Origin: a virus
Lineage: Duplodnaviria; Caudoviricetes
Virus record (IMG/VR): IMGVR_UViG_2869455143_000004
Span: 1-64,000 of that record
Length of the DNA: 64,000 bases
Reading direction: 5' to 3' (one strand)
Below are positions 1 through 9,530 of the stretch, in pieces. Both the position numbers and the translations under genes were made by a program. A model generated the notes under the pieces. It was not told the origin of the DNA and did not search any database. It saw only the letters and a list, made by a program, of their open reading frames with translations. Every line of letters starts with the position of its first letter. Positions within the stretch are counted from its first letter, which is position 1.

Positions 1-179
1 ACCAGAGCGTTGTCCTCAGCCATACGCTCAACCATGCAGTCGGCAGTTGTCAGGGCGCATTCCCGGATGTAACCGCGCAGATCACGCTTGCGCCAATACG
101 GGCTATGTTTCGAGTCGCAGCGGCCTTTAAATTCGACGATCCAGCGACGGATGCAACGTGCGTTCAGTGACTTCTTCAT
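1..179 (-). CDS. Phage hypothetical protein, runs off the window edge (MKKSLNARCIRRW...)
   Basis: ATG at 179 preceded by GGAGG; frame open to the edge; not in the ORF track. Confidence 0.7.
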   Translation of the reverse strand, partial: MKKSLNARCIRRWIVEFKGRCDSKHSPYWRKRDLRGYIRECALTTADCMVERMAEDNAL

Positions 180-234
180 TGAATACCTCCTTGTGGAGTA
201 ACATTTCTTTGTGAGATTTGAGCCGCTTTGCGAC

Positions 235-507
235 TCATAAACGTTTCTTTGCCTCAAACTGAAATTGGTCTTCCTCTTCCGCTTCGTGGCGATCACGTTC
301 GCTGCAAAGGAACTCATATTCCGTCTGGATTTCTGTAGGCCATGCGTCAGTATTTGGACCGTATTCTTCCTGAATGGCGGAGATACGCTTTACACACTCG
401 CGGTACGGGTTTTTGATAGGATTTGCAGGGGTAAGCATGGAAAACAGTTCGTCCAGGCTTCTGGCTCCCTTAATGCTGGCGATTAGCTGTTCGGCAACTT
501 TAGCCAC
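235..507 (-). CDS. Hypothetical protein
   Basis: GGAGG RBS; overlaps the upstream gene in a tightly coupled operon. Confidence 0.75.
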   Translation of the reverse strand: MAKVAEQLIASIKGARSLDELFSMLTPANPIKNPYRECVKRISAIQEEYGPNTDAWPTEIQTEYEFLCSERDRHEAEEEDQFQFEAKKRL

Positions 508-1204
508 GATAAACCTCCCTGGTGGCGAGGAATGTGGTCATCGACTTTTCGATCATTGGCGCAGCGCGGTACCGGCTAATGCCCCAAACAATAGCGAATA
601 GAATCCAGCGGAAATGGCTGGTATACGTCTTATAGGAAATGTCAGCGCACAATTCCCATGTATCTACACAGCCAGGCCAGTCAGCTTCATAAACGGCGTT
701 ATATGCCAACACATCGTTATTGAAATCCTCACGGCACAGCTCGCGAACGATTTCACGAATACGGGATTTGTCACTGTCTGGTTCGTCGTCTTCGTCGTTC
801 CAATCAACGTCTGGCTCGTTTTCGTCGTCTTCAAAATATGTGCTTAGCAATTCCTTCAAGGATGAGCAAAATTCGTCATGATCATATGACTTAGCTATCA
901 GCTCACGAGCAGAACAACCGGCACCAGCCTCAAGTTTTTCAGACCAATAATACGTGTTGATCTCCAGCGTATTGCGCGCAAAAAAATCAAACATGTCGTG
1001 GGTACGGGAAAACGTCCAGGTCCCCATATCGCCGCAAATAGTCAGATAGCCAGGCCAGGTAATGAGATCGAAGTAATAGCAGGTGGTTCCCGGTTGTTGG
1101 AAACGGATGTGACGATAAACGCCGTCGTCTTTCAGGATGGTCATTTGATGGTTACAAACATCCCGAACAAATTGGCTCAACGTGTCGCGCTGTTTCAGTT
1201 TCAT
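500..1204 (-). CDS. Conserved phage hypothetical protein (YYFDLITWPGYLTICGDMG motif)
   Basis: 234-aa ORF coupled to neighbours; motif recalled from many phages. Confidence 0.8.
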   Translation of the reverse strand: MKLKQRDTLSQFVRDVCNHQMTILKDDGVYRHIRFQQPGTTCYYFDLITWPGYLTICGDMGTWTFSRTHDMFDFFARNTLEINTYYWSEKLEAGAGCSARELIAKSYDHDEFCSSLKELLSTYFEDDENEPDVDWNDEDDEPDSDKSRIREIVRELCREDFNNDVLAYNAVYEADWPGCVDTWELCADISYKTYTSHFRWILFAIVWGISRYRAAPMIEKSMTTFLATREVYRG

Positions 1205-1794
1205 TGTGTTGCGTCCTTACGAATTGACTGCAGGTAAGCTTTTAACGGCTCAGAATCACCATGACCTACACCTACACTGTCGGCTCCGAGGGGCCATGAA
1301 GCTCTTTCCGTTCCACCAGGGAAACGGAAATAAACGACGATCTCTTTTTTGAAGTTTTGGTGAGCAATGACGTCGGTAATACCGGGAAACTTAGCGATCG
1401 CTTTTTCAATGGCCTCCAACTCTGCCGCCTTTATGCGCTGACGCTCCGTTTCAGCATCAATGAGGTAATTCATCCAGCGCGCCTGGCACTCAGCATCACA
1501 GTAAGCGGTATCGCCATCCCACACACGACCCTCAGTTTCGTTATCAACGTGACACTGGCAATATGCGCATTCTTGCCACCAGCCAAACTCTTCAACCAGT
1601 GCGTGGCCTGGCACTTTCCCCAGCTCTGCATATTTGTCTGCTCCGGGCATGCGCTTGCACGATATGCCGCTAAACTCTTCTTCCAGCTCTTGAGCGCCTT
1701 CGCGTCGTGCCACAACATTGCTGGTGGCAAACCGGACAATGCCGTATTCATCACCCTGAATATGGAATGCTTTTAATATCTGCTTTTCCGTCAT
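1201..1794 (-). CDS. Hypothetical protein with CxxC motifs
   Basis: 197-aa ORF with 4-bp overlap to the next gene. Confidence 0.75.
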   Translation of the reverse strand: MTEKQILKAFHIQGDEYGIVRFATSNVVARREGAQELEEEFSGISCKRMPGADKYAELGKVPGHALVEEFGWWQECAYCQCHVDNETEGRVWDGDTAYCDAECQARWMNYLIDAETERQRIKAAELEAIEKAIAKFPGITDVIAHQNFKKEIVVYFRFPGGTERASWPLGADSVGVGHGDSEPLKAYLQSIRKDATQ

Positions 1795-1805
1795 GGTATT
1801 AGTCC

Positions 1806-2159
1806 TTATTTCGTTTGCATTCTGAGCAATTTAAAGCCGGTATTGCATGTCTCACACCGTGCAGACATTGAGCCTGAGCGGGACTGTTTGAGGCTGTATT
1901 TTTTGCACTGAGGGCATGCAACCTCAGTTATCCGTATAGCCATGAGACGATTGATTTCATCGAGCAGTTGAGGCGATTTAGAACGGCGCTTTTTGCGTGG
2001 CGGGGCCATACCCAGCGCTTTAAGTGTCTGGTTGTATTCTTTGCGAATCCATTTTCCGCCTGGCTCATCGGCAAGGCCGTCACCAATCATGTCACCCAGC
2101 TTGATTAACTGTTTTTGAAGGTATTTTTTGGTTTCTTCGTTTAGGTTGCTGGTGCTCAT
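1806..2159 (-). CDS. Hypothetical protein with C-terminal Zn ribbon
   Basis: CPQC...CETC; coupled ORF. Confidence 0.75.
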   Translation of the reverse strand: MSTSNLNEETKKYLQKQLIKLGDMIGDGLADEPGGKWIRKEYNQTLKALGMAPPRKKRRSKSPQLLDEINRLMAIRITEVACPQCKKYSLKQSRSGSMSARCETCNTGFKLLRMQTK

Positions 2160-2791
2160 CGCGATCCCTCGCAGGTGTAGTTTTTGCAGCCTTCAAAGTC
2201 ATAGGGGTTCAGCTGCCAGCTAATACGTCCACAAAACGGGCAATTCCAGCGAGTTTTGCCTGTGTCCTGGCGCTTACTCTTGCGCTTCAGGTGCGCCGGT
2301 ACGCGCAATCCGGCTCCCTGAGTCATCTTGCGGCGGTTAAGAAGATTGATGTTGAACGTGCGGCGCTTTGCGGCATCTGCGACGGAGAACGGCAACCACA
2401 CTAGACCTTCGCTGTCTTCCCGGGCATTCGTGTAGATAGCAGCTTTGCTAAAATCAGTCGTTGGTAATGAGCCGTCTGCCAGCCAGTACACGTCATTGCC
2501 GTCCCACTCGCCTTTAACGAATGCGACGTAGGCGTGACAGCCGTCCACCAGCGTTGTTTTGCCGGGGATATGCTGGTGGTCAACATGCCATACTGTCAGG
2601 GCGTCAATGCAGTCTGCAGATACAGGCAGGTCAATATCCCTGCCGCGATCCCATGCTGATTGTGCTGAATGCAGTGTGTATACATGCGCTGAGTCGATAT
2701 TGGTGCTGTAACCCTTCCCATTAGCGCAATGAAAGGACATATTGCTACCGACGGTATCGCGAAGACAGGCCATGTAAAAACGATCGCTCAT
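2156..2791 (-). CDS. Conserved phage hypothetical protein, C-terminal CPFC Zn ribbon
   Basis: 211-aa ORF with 4-bp overlaps. Confidence 0.8.
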   Translation of the reverse strand: MSDRFYMACLRDTVGSNMSFHCANGKGYSTNIDSAHVYTLHSAQSAWDRGRDIDLPVSADCIDALTVWHVDHQHIPGKTTLVDGCHAYVAFVKGEWDGNDVYWLADGSLPTTDFSKAAIYTNAREDSEGLVWLPFSVADAAKRRTFNINLLNRRKMTQGAGLRVPAHLKRKSKRQDTGKTRWNCPFCGRISWQLNPYDFEGCKNYTCEGSR

Positions 2792-3066
2792 AGCGCGGCC
2801 TCCGGGCTAATACCTTCCGGCGCTACTTTTAGCTTTAACACGACGGGGCCGTTGCGAAAGTTACCATCGACGATCCCGTCAAGCTCCTGGATCTCCTGCT
2901 TAGTCAGGTTGTGCATTTTTGCAATGCAGTAATCCCCTTTAAGAACTCCCACACCTGTCGCGCGGCAGGACGTTGAGCCGTAGCTGTAACCGTGCTTATC
3001 TAGCCAGTTCTTGCATTCGTTCCATGCCTGGAAATCACCGGCACCGCTGAAAACCTTCTTAAACAT
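2788..3066 (-). CDS. Hypothetical protein (start reassigned to MFKKVF)
   Basis: GGAG RBS ahead of the ATG at 3066. Confidence 0.7.
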   Translation of the reverse strand: MFKKVFSGAGDFQAWNECKNWLDKHGYSYGSTSCRATGVGVLKGDYCIAKMHNLTKQEIQELDGIVDGNFRNGPVVLKLKVAPEGISPEAAL

Positions 3067-3271
3067 TTTCAGCTCCCTTGCTCTCAATAGGACGGATGGT
3101 GTCAAGCTTCAGCCGACGCTTTGTGTTCGGCGCGCCGATACGACGCCCAGTAAACTTGTCGTATGTCTCTCTTGGGCCAGCGCACCAGGTTGTTGCTGTT
3201 TCACGCAACTTGATACGCTTATCTCCGTCTTTGGTAACGACTTTTCCGGTATGGGTTTTAGGCTGGCTCAT
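3059..3271 (-). CDS. Small phage hypothetical protein
   Basis: 70-aa coupled ORF with GGAGG RBS. Confidence 0.75.
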   Translation of the reverse strand: MSQPKTHTGKVVTKDGDKRIKLRETATTWCAGPRETYDKFTGRRIGAPNTKRRLKLDTIRPIESKGAENV

Positions 3272-3669
3272 AGTGCTGCCTCCTGGCGATCGAAACGTTC
3301 AACTTCAGCGATCAGGAGAGCTATAGCTTTCACCAGGTTACGGCGATAATCCGATGGTTTAAAACTGTCATCATGCCAATCAGCAGGCCAGTAGTTAGCC
3401 GCCTCCATAGGTTCGATGTAGCAGATAGCTGCAGCAGCCAGTTCCCCGCAGATATAAGTATCGTCCTGCTGAGTGCTATACCCTTCGTCCGTTTGCTGGC
3501 GCTGGCGCTCTAAGAGAACATCAAGGACAGCTGCAGTACGCGTTTGCCCGTTGAGAGTTGCTCTGGATAAATTGCTTTGGAGAGTGGCGATCAGAGCGCT
3601 TGCTTCCCGGTTAAAATCTTCCAGTTGCTCGCATTTAGCCTTCAGTTCTGCGTATGTTGGCTTGCTCAT
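3268..3669 (-). CDS. Ead/Ea22-associated-like phage protein
   Basis: DVLLERQRQ...EG...DD...ELAAAA...RRNLVKA.ALL.AE.ER motif. Confidence 0.6.
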   Translation of the reverse strand: MSKPTYAELKAKCEQLEDFNREASALIATLQSNLSRATLNGQTRTAAVLDVLLERQRQQTDEGYSTQQDDTYICGELAAAAICYIEPMEAANYWPADWHDDSFKPSDYRRNLVKAIALLIAEVERFDRQEAAL

Positions 3670-3902
3670 TCCGCTTCCCCTTCTTTAATTTTCCGCACCA
3701 TTTCAGTCCACATAGGGGCCAGTTTTTTTATCGCTTTTTCTCGGCTACCAATTGGGCTGTCGAGATGCGCGCGGTAATGGTCGTATGGGCATTTAATACC
3801 GCCTCTATTCAAACCAAACTGATCCTCTTTCAGCGCAAATTCAGGGGTGTTGCCGCAAGCTGGGCATTTAGGTAACGATCTCTGTATTTCTCCGGCGTTC
3901 AT
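3666..3902 (-). CDS. Small Zn-binding protein, possibly Lar-like
   Basis: LPKCPACG...IKCPYDH; family assignment weak. Confidence 0.45.
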   Translation of the reverse strand: MNAGEIQRSLPKCPACGNTPEFALKEDQFGLNRGGIKCPYDHYRAHLDSPIGSREKAIKKLAPMWTEMVRKIKEGEAE

Positions 3903-3948
3903 TCTGTTTCTTCCTTATGCAAATTTGTGGCTATGAAGCACGTCGTTG

Positions 3949-4140
3949 TTACGATCTCTTCTGTTTTCTACGTCCACTTTTTCGGTAACTGCTACTGCCA
4001 TACACCAGCGCTAACAGGCTCGATGCCATGGCTATTTTTCCCGCTGTTTCTGTTCCCCACTCTGCCCCCCATGCCAGGGCTATCACCAACCCCCAGCAGA
4101 GAAACGCCAGGCCAACAAACAGCGCCCGGACCAGTCTCAT
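3949..4140 (-). CDS. Small membrane protein, two hydrophobic segments and a basic tail
   Basis: Hydropathy pattern; 4-bp overlap with the upstream gene. Confidence 0.65.
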   Translation of the reverse strand: MRLVRALFVGLAFLCWGLVIALAWGAEWGTETAGKIAMASSLLALVYGSSSYRKSGRRKQKRS

Positions 4141-4577
4141 TTTTTAGGCCTGAAGACCTGACTCATTTCCTCTCCGCCGGTTTCAATCAGGATCTGCTTT
4201 AGTCCTTTTGATGCGGAGCCTTTGCCGCGTTCCTCAAGAAAATCGACGGCTTTTTTCGGTAGGTAGAATGTCTTGGATACGGGGGTATCAATCTTTCTTG
4301 GCGCGCCCACGCGGGGATAGCAAACCGCTTTGATGATTTCTTTGTTATTGGCGCTGGTGGGCATGTCGAGAATTATCTTCCCGGCACGTTTAAGGATGAT
4401 GCGATCCGCTAACTGCCGCGTTTCCTCTTCCTCTGTCAGAAGTTCATGCAACCGGGCATCAATAAGACGACGTGAATCCGTCTGGTAGTTATGGCTGGTC
4501 GCCCCACTTTCGTATGAAAAAAAAATCTCGTAAGCCACGGCAATTCCCTGTTGGATAATTTCAGGGTAAAGATACAT
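4137..4577 (-). CDS. Putative DNA-binding protein, C-terminal ribbon-helix-helix-like segment
   Basis: GAPRK...SKTFYLPKKAVDFLEERG...ASKGLKQIL; first gene of the leftward operon. Confidence 0.55.
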   Translation of the reverse strand: MYLYPEIIQQGIAVAYEIFFSYESGATSHNYQTDSRRLIDARLHELLTEEEETRQLADRIILKRAGKIILDMPTSANNKEIIKAVCYPRVGAPRKIDTPVSKTFYLPKKAVDFLEERGKGSASKGLKQILIETGGEEMSQVFRPKK

Positions 4578-4629
4578 GTAAATCTAAATAAAATAAATCA
4601 AATCTATGGTATTTTTTCGGGTGGGTTAA

Positions 4630-4651
4630 CAAAGTACAAACCGCATAATCT
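4630..4651 (+). promoter_or_regulatory. Late promoter for gene 23
   Basis: CAAAGTACA-AACCGCA-TAATCT; 20-bp identity (4629-4648) with 63691-63710. Confidence 0.75.
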
Positions 4652-4703
4652 CTACGCGTCAAAAGTAACTCTCGCAGCCGCGCCCTAAGATAAGGGCTAA
4701 ATT

Positions 4704-6455
4704 GTGAGCAAAGATATTTCGCCTGCCCGCGCGCGAATGGATGAAATCAACCAACGCGCCGCGCGTGTCGCAGCATTCACCGTTGATATTCAGAAAAAGA
4801 ATGGCGTCACCATTACCGATCCGAACGAGCTGGCTCAGGCTTCACTGGATGCGGCATTGCGTGATCCGATGTTTGAAGGTGTTGACCCGCGCTTTGTGAA
4901 GCGTGTCGCGAGCGCGTGGACGTCGGCGATGATCGAGCACCAGCAACGTACCGGTGATTTACCATCACCAGACCTGCTGGCAAACGCGCAATACTGCTGT
5001 GAAAACCTGATGTTGGAAGCCGCATCTGACAAACATGAAGGCGTTGGTCGCGCGATGTTTGAATCAGCTGCAGCTGATATGCGTACCTCTGATGGTGTTT
5101 TACGCCTGGCCCAGTTTGTAGCGCTTATCCTGCCGGTATCTTTGGGTGCGGCAACGTCTGACGCATGTACTTTCGTACCGTGCGATCGCGATAAAGCCAA
5201 TATTTACGAACTGCTGAACGTTGCAGGGACGGAGTTCGGCTCATTCAAGGTCGGTGACGAGCTGCACATGCAAGCCGCCGGTATGTATTCTCAACTCAAG
5301 CGTTACTACATCTTCCCCGCAGAACTTCAGCCGGATGGCGCGAAGAAAACCTTCAACTTTGGAATTAAAGCAGTTGAAGGGAAAGATATGGCTATCCGCG
5401 CTGGTCGCACGAAGCTGATCATTAACCGCCGTCAATCTAAAGCTGATGACGGCGACGGCAACCTGTATTTCAACGATAAAGATGCTAACGGGACGGCATT
5501 CTCCGCCACCTGTAAAGTTGCTTATGACAAAGGTACCGTCGCTGTTACCTTCACTGAAGCACCTGCAGTGGGTACTGAATTAGCCATTCAGCTGGAAATC
5601 AACATCGAAAAAGCGCCTGAGCTTATTCCTGTGATTAACCAGTCCATGCGTGAATGGCAGGTTAGCCCATCTCAGTATGTTGTTGCCTCTGAGCACACTG
5701 TCATGTCTGCATCTGATGCCAGTCGTGAATTTGGCCTCAACATGCAGTCGATCCAGTTTACTGCAATGCGTAACTGGCTCTCCCATGAGCAGGACATGAT
5801 GCGTCTGCGCCTGATGGCGTTTTTCTGTATCGAAAAATACGAGTTTGACGTAGCGCTGCCGGAAGCTCAGCAATACGAATCCTGGGTTGGCCTGCTTCGC
5901 CATCGCGTGAATGAAATGAGCACGGCGATGGTCAATAAAACCCGTAAATCCGGCATTCGTGGCGGTTTTGCTGGTGGTGAGGCTGCGAACTTTATTAAGT
6001 CTCTCCCGCCGCAGTATTTCTCCCAGGACCCGAACTACGTTGAAAGCCCTCACGTCCAGTACATCGGTACGTTGTTTGGCTACATCCGTATCTTTGAAGT
6101 CCCGACCGCTGTTTGTGATCAGTTTGTAAAAGATGGCTACAACTTTAATTCAAATGAAGTGATTTTCTACGGTCGCGGTAACAGCATTGGTGAAGCTGGT
6201 CTTATCACCGGTGATGCCGTACCTGCCATTCCTTACATCCACGAAACGAACCCTTCTTTGGTGAACCGCACAACTATGTGGGGATCTGCGCTTAACGAGA
6301 TCCATCCGCGTAAAGGCGAAGCGTATTTCTGCAAGCTGCAGCTGACCAACACCAAAGTTGGTTCGTACAACATGCTGAACGGCAAGAAAATCGAAGCAGG
6401 TCAACCGACTGAGCCTGAAGCGCCGGAAGTAGCTGACGCTAAATCCGCCAAATAA
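4704..6455 (+). CDS. 23: Major capsid protein (P1 gp23 homologue)
   Basis: 583 aa; P1 gp23-like sequence; position ahead of the sheath gene. Confidence 0.9.
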   Translation: MSKDISPARARMDEINQRAARVAAFTVDIQKKNGVTITDPNELAQASLDAALRDPMFEGVDPRFVKRVASAWTSAMIEHQQRTGDLPSPDLLANAQYCCENLMLEAASDKHEGVGRAMFESAAADMRTSDGVLRLAQFVALILPVSLGAATSDACTFVPCDRDKANIYELLNVAGTEFGSFKVGDELHMQAAGMYSQLKRYYIFPAELQPDGAKKTFNFGIKAVEGKDMAIRAGRTKLIINRRQSKADDGDGNLYFNDKDANGTAFSATCKVAYDKGTVAVTFTEAPAVGTELAIQLEINIEKAPELIPVINQSMREWQVSPSQYVVASEHTVMSASDASREFGLNMQSIQFTAMRNWLSHEQDMMRLRLMAFFCIEKYEFDVALPEAQQYESWVGLLRHRVNEMSTAMVNKTRKSGIRGGFAGGEAANFIKSLPPQYFSQDPNYVESPHVQYIGTLFGYIRIFEVPTAVCDQFVKDGYNFNSNEVIFYGRGNSIGEAGLITGDAVPAIPYIHETNPSLVNRTTMWGSALNEIHPRKGEAYFCKLQLTNTKVGSYNMLNGKKIEAGQPTEPEAPEVADAKSAK

Positions 6456-6500
6456 TTGCAAAGCGGCATCTGAACGGGTGCCGCTAACAGGATTCTGAAC

Positions 6501-8087
6501 ATGAAACAAATTCCTTTTGCAGTTGGTCAGGCGTCCGGTATCGCGATCATGCCGGTTAATGCCGATGCGACCAACACCAATACGTCAGGCGGTGCTTCTG
6601 TTTTCGCTGGGTTAGTTATTTCCCGCCGTGGCAAGCCTGGCGTTGTATTACGCGTTACTGCAAATAACTATCAGTCGGTGCTTGGTGCGGCTATTCATCC
6701 GCGTCAGGGCGCTATGTTTGAGCCATTGCGTCACGTCGAACGTGCGACAAAAGGCGGTGATGGTTATGTCGTTCGCGTGTGCGCACCAGACATGAAAATC
6801 CCGACGCTGGCCCTTACGCTAAATGCGGAAACAAAAGCGTTCACCACGACAGCCTCCACCATGAATGTTGGGGCGCTCCCTGCCCTGCCTGATGGCGCTC
6901 ACGCGCTGATTTACATTGATGATGGTGATGCCTCTACCTCTCGTGCAATTAACTTACATGAGGATGAGACTTCCGAAGGCTTATTCATTCTGGAGCTGCA
7001 GGAAACTGATGCTGCAGGTACCGTCACTATTCTGGAATCGCACCAGGTATCCTTTGATCCTGAAGGTATTACCGACATGGGTACTCCGGCATTCATGGCT
7101 ACGGCCCTGGAAAATGGTTCTACGCGATTACGTGCGCTGGTGGCGGATGATGCACATGAAGCTATCTCTCAGCTTCAGGGTGAATTGACGCCAGTTAAAG
7201 CAATACCGTTTGCTGGCGGTAGTGATGGTGATTTTTCGAAGATTAAGGCTGCTGATTATCAAAAAGCGCTGACGGTTCTGAAAAAATCGATGTTTAGCTT
7301 TACTGCAGTCCTCTCTCTCGGTTGCTACGACCCGACGGTGATTGCGGATCTGGATAAATTTGCCCAGGATATCCGGGTTGATATGTTCTATGACCTGCAG
7401 GGCGCACAAACAGCCGCGTTAGCTATCGCTGAAGCTAAATCACATGGCCTCGGTGGATTTCATCAATCATGCCGCTATTACTTCCCGTATTCCTGCCGCG
7501 ATGTATTCACTGGCGCGAATGTCGTATTCGGGATCTCCTGTGAGGCATTTATTGCTAAGGCAAAAGGCGTTGCGCTGGTCCCTGATGTTGGTGGATGGCA
7601 TTACGCCCCAGCTGGGACTTCGCGGGGCATCATTAGCCGTCAGAACATCAAACCTATCCCTAATCTGGATGAGATTGATCTCGAAGAGTTCGTTAAAGCC
7701 CGAATCAACACGGTTGCGATGAATGAAGCCGGTGATCTTTATATTGACGATTACCTGACGACTATCACCAAAAACAACTACCTGCGCCTTCAGCCTATTA
7801 GCTCATTGATGAACGCGATTGCGCGCGGTTTCTACCAGGTTGCTGAGACTGCAAAACATGAGCCAGATGGCGTTACGGCAACTGTATTGACGTCGGGCAT
7901 GACAGATTTGCTTGAGCGATTTGTTGCCGCTGAAGCACTGGTAAAACCTCGCGATACAAGCCAGGGCGACTCTCCTTTCACCCTGTCACTGACTCAAAAA
8001 GACATTGATCTGTGGGAACTGGAATGGGCTGTTTGCCCGACGGGTTCGTCACGTCGAATTGTCGGTAAACCGATGCTCTTGCGCTAA
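6501..8087 (+). CDS. 22: Tail sheath protein (P1 gp22 homologue)
   Basis: 528 aa; sheath C-terminal pattern (AR.N..., WAVCPTGSSRRI); synteny. Confidence 0.9.
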   Translation: MKQIPFAVGQASGIAIMPVNADATNTNTSGGASVFAGLVISRRGKPGVVLRVTANNYQSVLGAAIHPRQGAMFEPLRHVERATKGGDGYVVRVCAPDMKIPTLALTLNAETKAFTTTASTMNVGALPALPDGAHALIYIDDGDASTSRAINLHEDETSEGLFILELQETDAAGTVTILESHQVSFDPEGITDMGTPAFMATALENGSTRLRALVADDAHEAISQLQGELTPVKAIPFAGGSDGDFSKIKAADYQKALTVLKKSMFSFTAVLSLGCYDPTVIADLDKFAQDIRVDMFYDLQGAQTAALAIAEAKSHGLGGFHQSCRYYFPYSCRDVFTGANVVFGISCEAFIAKAKGVALVPDVGGWHYAPAGTSRGIISRQNIKPIPNLDEIDLEEFVKARINTVAMNEAGDLYIDDYLTTITKNNYLRLQPISSLMNAIARGFYQVAETAKHEPDGVTATVLTSGMTDLLERFVAAEALVKPRDTSQGDSPFTLSLTQKDIDLWELEWAVCPTGSSRRIVGKPMLLR

Positions 8088-8097
8088 GGAAAAAGAG

Positions 8098-8808
8098 ATG
8101 CTGAATAAACGTAATATGAACCATAGCCTACTGCTTCAGGCCGGTTTTTCCATGGATACAACCGCCGAAGAACAAGCCATGCTTGAAAACAATACTGATA
8201 AGAACAAGCCGGTTAAAAAAGATGGCGATAAAGAAATGGCCATGATGGAAGCGGTAGAGCGCCGCTACAATGAAGACCGTCGTAGTGTGGCTGCTTCTAT
8301 GCTGGTGGAATGGGCTAGCGACGGTGAACCTACCTGGCTGGATTTCAGTGCGTTGGCTATTTCCCTGGCTGACCTGCCCGATCTGGAAGATGACAACGCC
8401 GACTATACCGACGAACAGGTTGATGCTTACAACGATGCTCTGTCTGATCTGGCATACGCCGCCATTGCACTTGGCGCAGACCAGGAAGACGTCACCAGTA
8501 TGATCGACGATGAGGATGATGACGCCGCAGCTGCTGTCTACGATGCAATTAATGACATTGATGACAGCGATGAAGCTATTTCTCAATACACTATCGCCGG
8601 TGATGACGATGACGCTATGTTTGAAGCGCCGAAAATTAAGGTTGTTCGCGACGGAAAAGTAAAACTGATCCGTAAACGCATCCGTAAACTGCGTCGAACC
8701 TCCAAACAAAAAGCGGCCCTGAAAAAAGCACGTCGTAAAGCGCAAACCTCCACGGCAAAACTACATCGTCGTAAATCCATGAAGCTCCGCCAGAAACGCG
8801 GAATGTAA
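8098..8808 (+). CDS. 21: P1 gp21 homologue; acidic body with very basic C-terminus
   Basis: Synteny 23-22-21; start reassigned to the ATG at 8098 after AAGGA. Confidence 0.7.
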   Translation: MLNKRNMNHSLLLQAGFSMDTTAEEQAMLENNTDKNKPVKKDGDKEMAMMEAVERRYNEDRRSVAASMLVEWASDGEPTWLDFSALAISLADLPDLEDDNADYTDEQVDAYNDALSDLAYAAIALGADQEDVTSMIDDEDDDAAAAVYDAINDIDDSDEAISQYTIAGDDDDAMFEAPKIKVVRDGKVKLIRKRIRKLRRTSKQKAALKKARRKAQTSTAKLHRRKSMKLRQKRGM

Positions 8809-8816
8809 TGAGCCTG

Positions 8817-8846
8817 AGCCACCAGCAATATGCTGGTGGCTTTTTT
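8817..8846 (+). terminator. Rho-independent terminator
   Basis: AGCCACCAGC-AATAT-GCTGGTGGCT followed by a T run. Confidence 0.85.
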
Positions 8847-8860
8847 AGGGAGCCTTCACA

Positions 8861-9451
8861 ATGATTTGTGGTGCGATAATGCCAGATGGCGTAAGCCCCT
8901 TCCTGAAAGTCTTTATTACGTCAGAAACGCATATGGTTGTGGGCTATATAGGCCAGGGTAGCAGTGCTGAACTGCAATCTATGTGGGAATCACCGTTCGG
9001 TAATGACAGCTTAGGGGGGATGGCAGGGGCTGTGAGTTCTGCAGCCGGTAAAGTGGCCTCAACCGCGCAGGCTATGTCAGACCAGACAACCAAATCAACC
9101 TTCAATAGCCTGCTGATATGGGAAGGCCAGACACCACCGACGTTTAACCTTGTCGTTGACCTTATGGCTACAATTGATGCGAAGGTAGAGGTAAACGATG
9201 CGATCTCTACACTGATGCAGATGGAATCACCGGAACTGGCTGCAATGGCAGCTACTGGACGCCGACCAACGCCAGTCATTTTGGATATCGGTCGCAAACT
9301 AAAACTAATGGATGTTGTGATCCAGAACGTTAGCTTTTTGCTCGATGTTCCGAAAACTGACCAGGGTTACTATACGCACAATACAGTCACACTGCAGTGC
9401 TCTGGTATGGCTGTACAAAACCAGTCTGACATTCCCTACATGTTTATCTGA
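8861..9451 (+). CDS. pmgG: PmgG-like tail/baseplate protein
   Basis: Synteny between 21 and bplB; tube-like QTPPTF.L motif. Confidence 0.65.
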   Translation: MICGAIMPDGVSPFLKVFITSETHMVVGYIGQGSSAELQSMWESPFGNDSLGGMAGAVSSAAGKVASTAQAMSDQTTKSTFNSLLIWEGQTPPTFNLVVDLMATIDAKVEVNDAISTLMQMESPELAAMAATGRRPTPVILDIGRKLKLMDVVIQNVSFLLDVPKTDQGYYTHNTVTLQCSGMAVQNQSDIPYMFI

Positions 9452-9459
9452 TCCTTTCG

Positions 9460-9481
9460 TAAATCACAGACTACTTATCCT
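9460..9481 (+). promoter_or_regulatory. Late promoter for bplB
   Basis: TAAATCACA-GACTACT-TATCCT. Confidence 0.65.
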
Positions 9482-9530
9482 ACCCCCAGTGCAATTTTGG
9501 CACTGCCACTGTTTCAACTGAGGGGTATTT

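Noticed and set aside
4662-4671. AAGTAACTC, resembling the P1 late box
   Set aside because: No -10 at P1 spacing; the 11-copy motif explains this promoter better
6468-6487. Hairpin between the capsid and sheath genes as a terminator
   Set aside because: No U tract; more likely an mRNA-stabilising structure
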